IMG/VR virus record: IMGVR_UViG_3300001869_000005 | Span: 33,973-97,972 of that record | Length of the DNA: 64,000 bases | Source of the DNA: a virus | Lineage: Duplodnaviria; Caudoviricetes | Strand: one strand, 5' to 3' | Made by a program: the position numbers and the translations under genes | The notes under the pieces: model-generated | Seen by the model: only the letters and a program-made list of their open reading frames with translations | Database searches by the model: none | Told to the model about the DNA's origin: nothing | Part shown: positions 60,358 through 64,000 of the stretch, piece after piece | How the letters are laid out: every line of letters starts with the position of its first letter | Numbering within the stretch: the first letter of the stretch is position 1

Positions 60358-61575
60358 TTAAAAAGTTCCTGGATTTATATTGGTAGCCAAATCATATACA
60401 ATTTTTACTGATTCTGCAGATGCAATTCTATGAATTCCACCCAAAAAATCATTAGCTAATGCAAGTGGTTGAAAGTTCTCATCTGTTATTCCATCTGCAA
60501 ATTCATATCGTATAAACTCATCGTCTAATTTTAGTACTACACTAAGTCCAATATATCTATATTCAGCGGTAACTCGTGAAAGATATTGTATAGCCGTTTC
60601 TATTGGTAGTCCATTTAAGTCTGCTATTGCCCTTCTTACATGATCATATAATTTCTTTTTCCATGTAGTACCTTCTTTTACAATTACTTGCGCTTGAGTA
60701 TCTACGACATCTACCGTATCTTCAATATTAGTAAGAGCCCCTAATGTTAAAGGACGAGTAAATAAATCCCATCCTAATTTAGCAGAAAGAACATAATCTT
60801 CTGTAGTTCCTACTATATAATCTGTCCATAAATCTAATCTGTCATAAGCAGCAGGATTTTCACTTGAACCAATTCCATATGCAGTTATTTCTGAATTAGA
60901 AGTTATATTTCCACTAATCCACATATTCGCATTTTGTGCAATAATGGATTGATTAGCAATAAAATCTCCCGTATTGTTATTTGCAGCCGTCCCAAAAGTT
61001 CTATAGGCTAATACGTTAGTACCAATTACTAAACCTAGTGTGGTAGGTGTGATTGCAGTTGCCGCTCCTAAAAGATCATATAAGCCACTATGATTACCCC
61101 AACCATAGGCCGCTGCCGCCTTAATGTTTATTTCATTAATAGTAAAAGCATTAAATGTATCTGTCAAAATAGAATTAGAAAACACTCCTCCTAAATTCAG
61201 GAAATTATAGACATTTTCTATCAATCCTCCTCCGCCACCCCCACCGTCTGTACCAATCCCATATGCACTAATTTCACCATTGGAGGTTATGTTTCCTGTG
61301 ATCCATATAGATGCATTCTATGCAGAAATAGATTGATTTTGTATATAATCATGAGTTGCTTGTGAATGGTCATATGCAACTTTACCTCTATCTCCCCTAT
61401 ATGCAGTGGTGGATGTTTCCCCAAGAGTTAATGAGGCACTAACTCCCGCCAATGCTTCATTAATACCATCTACTAAAACTTTAGAACCATTATGTAGATA
61501 AGGTGAATAGGTATCTTGTTTTTCTTGTAAATAGAGTTTGTATCTAACATCCCCCATTTCTTGTCTTAAACTCAT
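60358..61575 (-). CDS. fibre protein with internal repeat (code 15, 405 aa)
   Basis: LGETSTTAYRGDRGK.AYDHSQ; two copies of NQSIxA(Q)NAxxWIxGNITSN; ends NINPGTF. Confidence 0.8.
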
Positions 61576-61594
61576 ATCTACAAAGTTTTAATTG

Positions 61595-64000
61595 TTATTT
61601 ACTTACAGGATTAGACTTCTTTTGCATTTTTTTAATAGTCAAGTCCTTCTCCCTTAACTGTACATCGTCGGCATGTACCTATTTATCGTGAGATAACTTC
61701 ATATCAAACTATCTGATTTTCTCTAATAGAACATCTTTATCCTTTTGAGAGTAATCTTCCGGTTCTTGAATTCCATCATCTCCTCCTTCTGTATTAGCAT
61801 TTGCGCCTATATGAGCAATTAATAGTTTAGTCTCATTGTCTCTAATACTAGCGGATTCTTTTTGTTGCAATTCTTGCATTTTAAACTCATTCTGCATTTG
61901 AATTAGTCTTTCATTGCTCTATTGTTCTGCCTAACTTGCCTAAGCCTATCTTTCTTGAATTGACTGTTCGTCTTTTTCAATAAGTTTTTGTTTTTCTGCA
62001 AGAGAACAAGAACTATATAATTTCATAATTGTGGAAAAAGAAAGAGTCTAATTCTATAAAGCCGCTTGCGCAAGAGTATCTAATTTAGCAGATAATTGCT
62101 GCATACCATTACTATTGTCTACTACAAGACCATAGTCAGCTTCTGCAAAATCATCTCCATCTATATCCATTATCTACATGGACCCATCAGATAGAATATA
62201 CTAAAACTTCTTACTTCTGCCCTTCATTGCAATTTTTGCAGTTTCCAAAAAGGCTTCTAATGCCCTTCTTTTAACATCTTCGTGTATAACAAATAACCAT
62301 TCGGTTATATGGGAAGACTATAGATTAGATCTCTCAACTCCACCAACCGTTTCTCTGTTACTTACTTGACCTTCCCTCTGTGGAGATATACCGGCAACTT
62401 CACCCATTTCCATTTTAATAAACGCTAAGAGGTTTATTTGTTGTTGAATGTAATTACCCGTTTCTGCATCAATAACTCCATTAGAAGCATTATTCATAGC
62501 TCCTGCAAGTTTTCCTGTAGCAGCACCTATATTACCTTCTTTGAAACTATCGGTTACAGAGATGTGATTTACTTTTGCATAGTACATCCACTTCTCAACA
62601 TCCCATCCTTTTGGTACTTTAGCTAAATCTAAACTTACAATTTTACCCCAATTGGCGGCCATTGCTTTATTTAGTCTATCGTGTATAGCATCATATAAGT
62701 AATTATATGGCTTCATCATATCTACAAGAGAAAAAGGTCTGCTATCATTTAAATTATAAATAGAACCCACAATACCAAAATGGCATCTTGATGGGTTAGA
62801 TAATCTATTGTATTGAATAACCTTTGGTCGCATATTAACATAGATGTCATTACCTATCTTAGTACCTTCCCAAGCTTCATTAATATAATAAATAGATTCT
62901 TCTTCTCCCATACTCTTATTTAATTCATAAGTTTCTGGGTAAAAAGTAAATACCTCTTCACCACTTTGTGGATCATATGATTTTACTTTCTTTATTTTTC
63001 TTCTGGACTTCCAATACATTCTAATAACTCTAAGATTACCAGCCAAATCATATGGTAATAATGAGTTAGAAATAGAGTCAGAAAATAAATTCATTGGATC
63101 AAAATAGAACCCATTACTACTAAGTTCCTCTCCAACCATATTATTATTTACATAACCAAATCTTTCATCTAAGTTATCCATAGAATCTACTGCAGCTTGC
63201 CCAACATGGTCTGGAAGTTTTTCAATATAATCCATGTCTTTTTTAGTAAGCACGTCATAAAAAACGTCTATTACTTTTCCAGGATTCCAATAATCTTCCA
63301 GTAGTACAATATCAGCATCTTCAATTTTATTACTATAACCAGATTTAAATACTCTTAATTTTAAAGGATTAACTCTCTCAATTGTAGGTTCTCCACCAAC
63401 AATGTCACATTGATAAATTTCTTCACCAACAGCCATTCCATCCATAAACCCCTAATTAAATAATAAGGGTATATTATATTCTTTTATATAATGATTTAAC
63501 AACGCATTTGCTCTAACTTCTCTCATATCCTACCAACTATACATAAAATAGTCATTCATTTTTTGTAATGACTATTCATATTCTTCTTGGCTCTGTGAGT
63601 TATCAGATACTAACTATTGTAAATTTTGTACTAACTAATTCTTTTTATTATCTTCTATTTCAGATATAGCGTTTGGATTAGTCACAACAACTTTAAAATC
63701 AAATAATCTTTTTGATTCTTCTCCTCTAAGAACATTTAGTTTGCTGTTCATTATAGGGTAATGCTATATCTTGTCTGGAACATAACCAGCTCTTACATTT
63801 TCAGGATTTAGAACTAACTCTAAATCTGACATATGTATTTTACCATTAAGTAAATCATAATTAATTTTCTTATGGATCACAGTCTTTCTTACAAGACTGT
63901 AATTAAAAAATGTTTTAGAATCTGCCCAATCAAGACATTTCTTTCTCCATTCTTTATTCTTTCTACTAAACGGTAACTATTGTGGTGGAAAATTTATTAA
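61595..64000 (-). CDS. portal protein (code 15; start a few codons beyond window)
   Basis: LINFPPQ*LPFSRKNKEWRK..YSLVRKTVIHKKINYDLLNG; INEAWEGTKIG; AGISPQREG..RETVGGVER. Confidence 0.9.

Noticed and set aside
21579-62626. Short + strand ORFs in the late arm (e.g. 24031, 39734, 45200, 47088, 57214)
   Set aside because: Antisense shadows of long - strand genes, with no motifs or plausible starts.
17521-64000. Pseudogenised or error-ridden structural module
   Set aside because: Breaks are TAG only, fragments stay in frame, and joined lengths and motifs fit intact essential genes; recoding explains them.
1-64000. Suppressor tRNA-CUA or other tRNA
   Set aside because: Intergenic gaps are short, AT-rich and taken up by terminators or promoters; no cloverleaf seen by eye. 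A tRNAscan-SE/ARAGORN run would settle it.
1-64000. CRISPR array, DGR or self-splicing elements
   Set aside because: No spaced direct repeats, reverse transcriptase, TR/VR pair, intein or homing-endonuclease motif recognised; PolA and RNAP appear uninterrupted.

Overview
About 64 kb of an AT-rich crAss-like (Crassvirales) phage genome, most similar in gene order and recalled protein motifs to the crAss001 / beta group, with a probable Bacteroidota host. Two convergent arms meet at a bidirectional terminator near 17.5 kb. The + strand arm (1-17479) holds replication and metabolism genes: primase end, a seven-gene amidoligase / ATP-grasp / glutamine-amidotransferase cluster, UDG, nucleases, a membrane aspartyl protease, family A DNA polymerase, dATP/dGTP diphosphohydrolase, a ThyX homolog lacking its catalytic motif, and a metallophosphoesterase. 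None of these genes has a TAG codon, either in frame or as stop. The - strand arm (17521-64000) is the virion and lysis module. It looks shattered in the supplied ORF track because TAG is reassigned to Gln (genetic code 15). Read that way, the fragments join into full-length portal, fibre, lysis, scaffold, major capsid, ring, muzzle and cargo genes plus three giant ejected proteins, including a 2314-aa virion RNA polymerase (DFDVD). Highlights: the code split with a TAG-gated lysis cassette, the amide-ligase cluster, a head-to-tail Cys pattern in the ejected proteins, a sheath-like domain inserted into two different virion proteins, and a TAG-free fibre block. No tRNA or CRISPR array was seen. 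Joined gene coordinates come from matching frames, start/stop codons and spot checks, not from exhaustive translation. Homolog assignments are from recalled motifs, not database searches.
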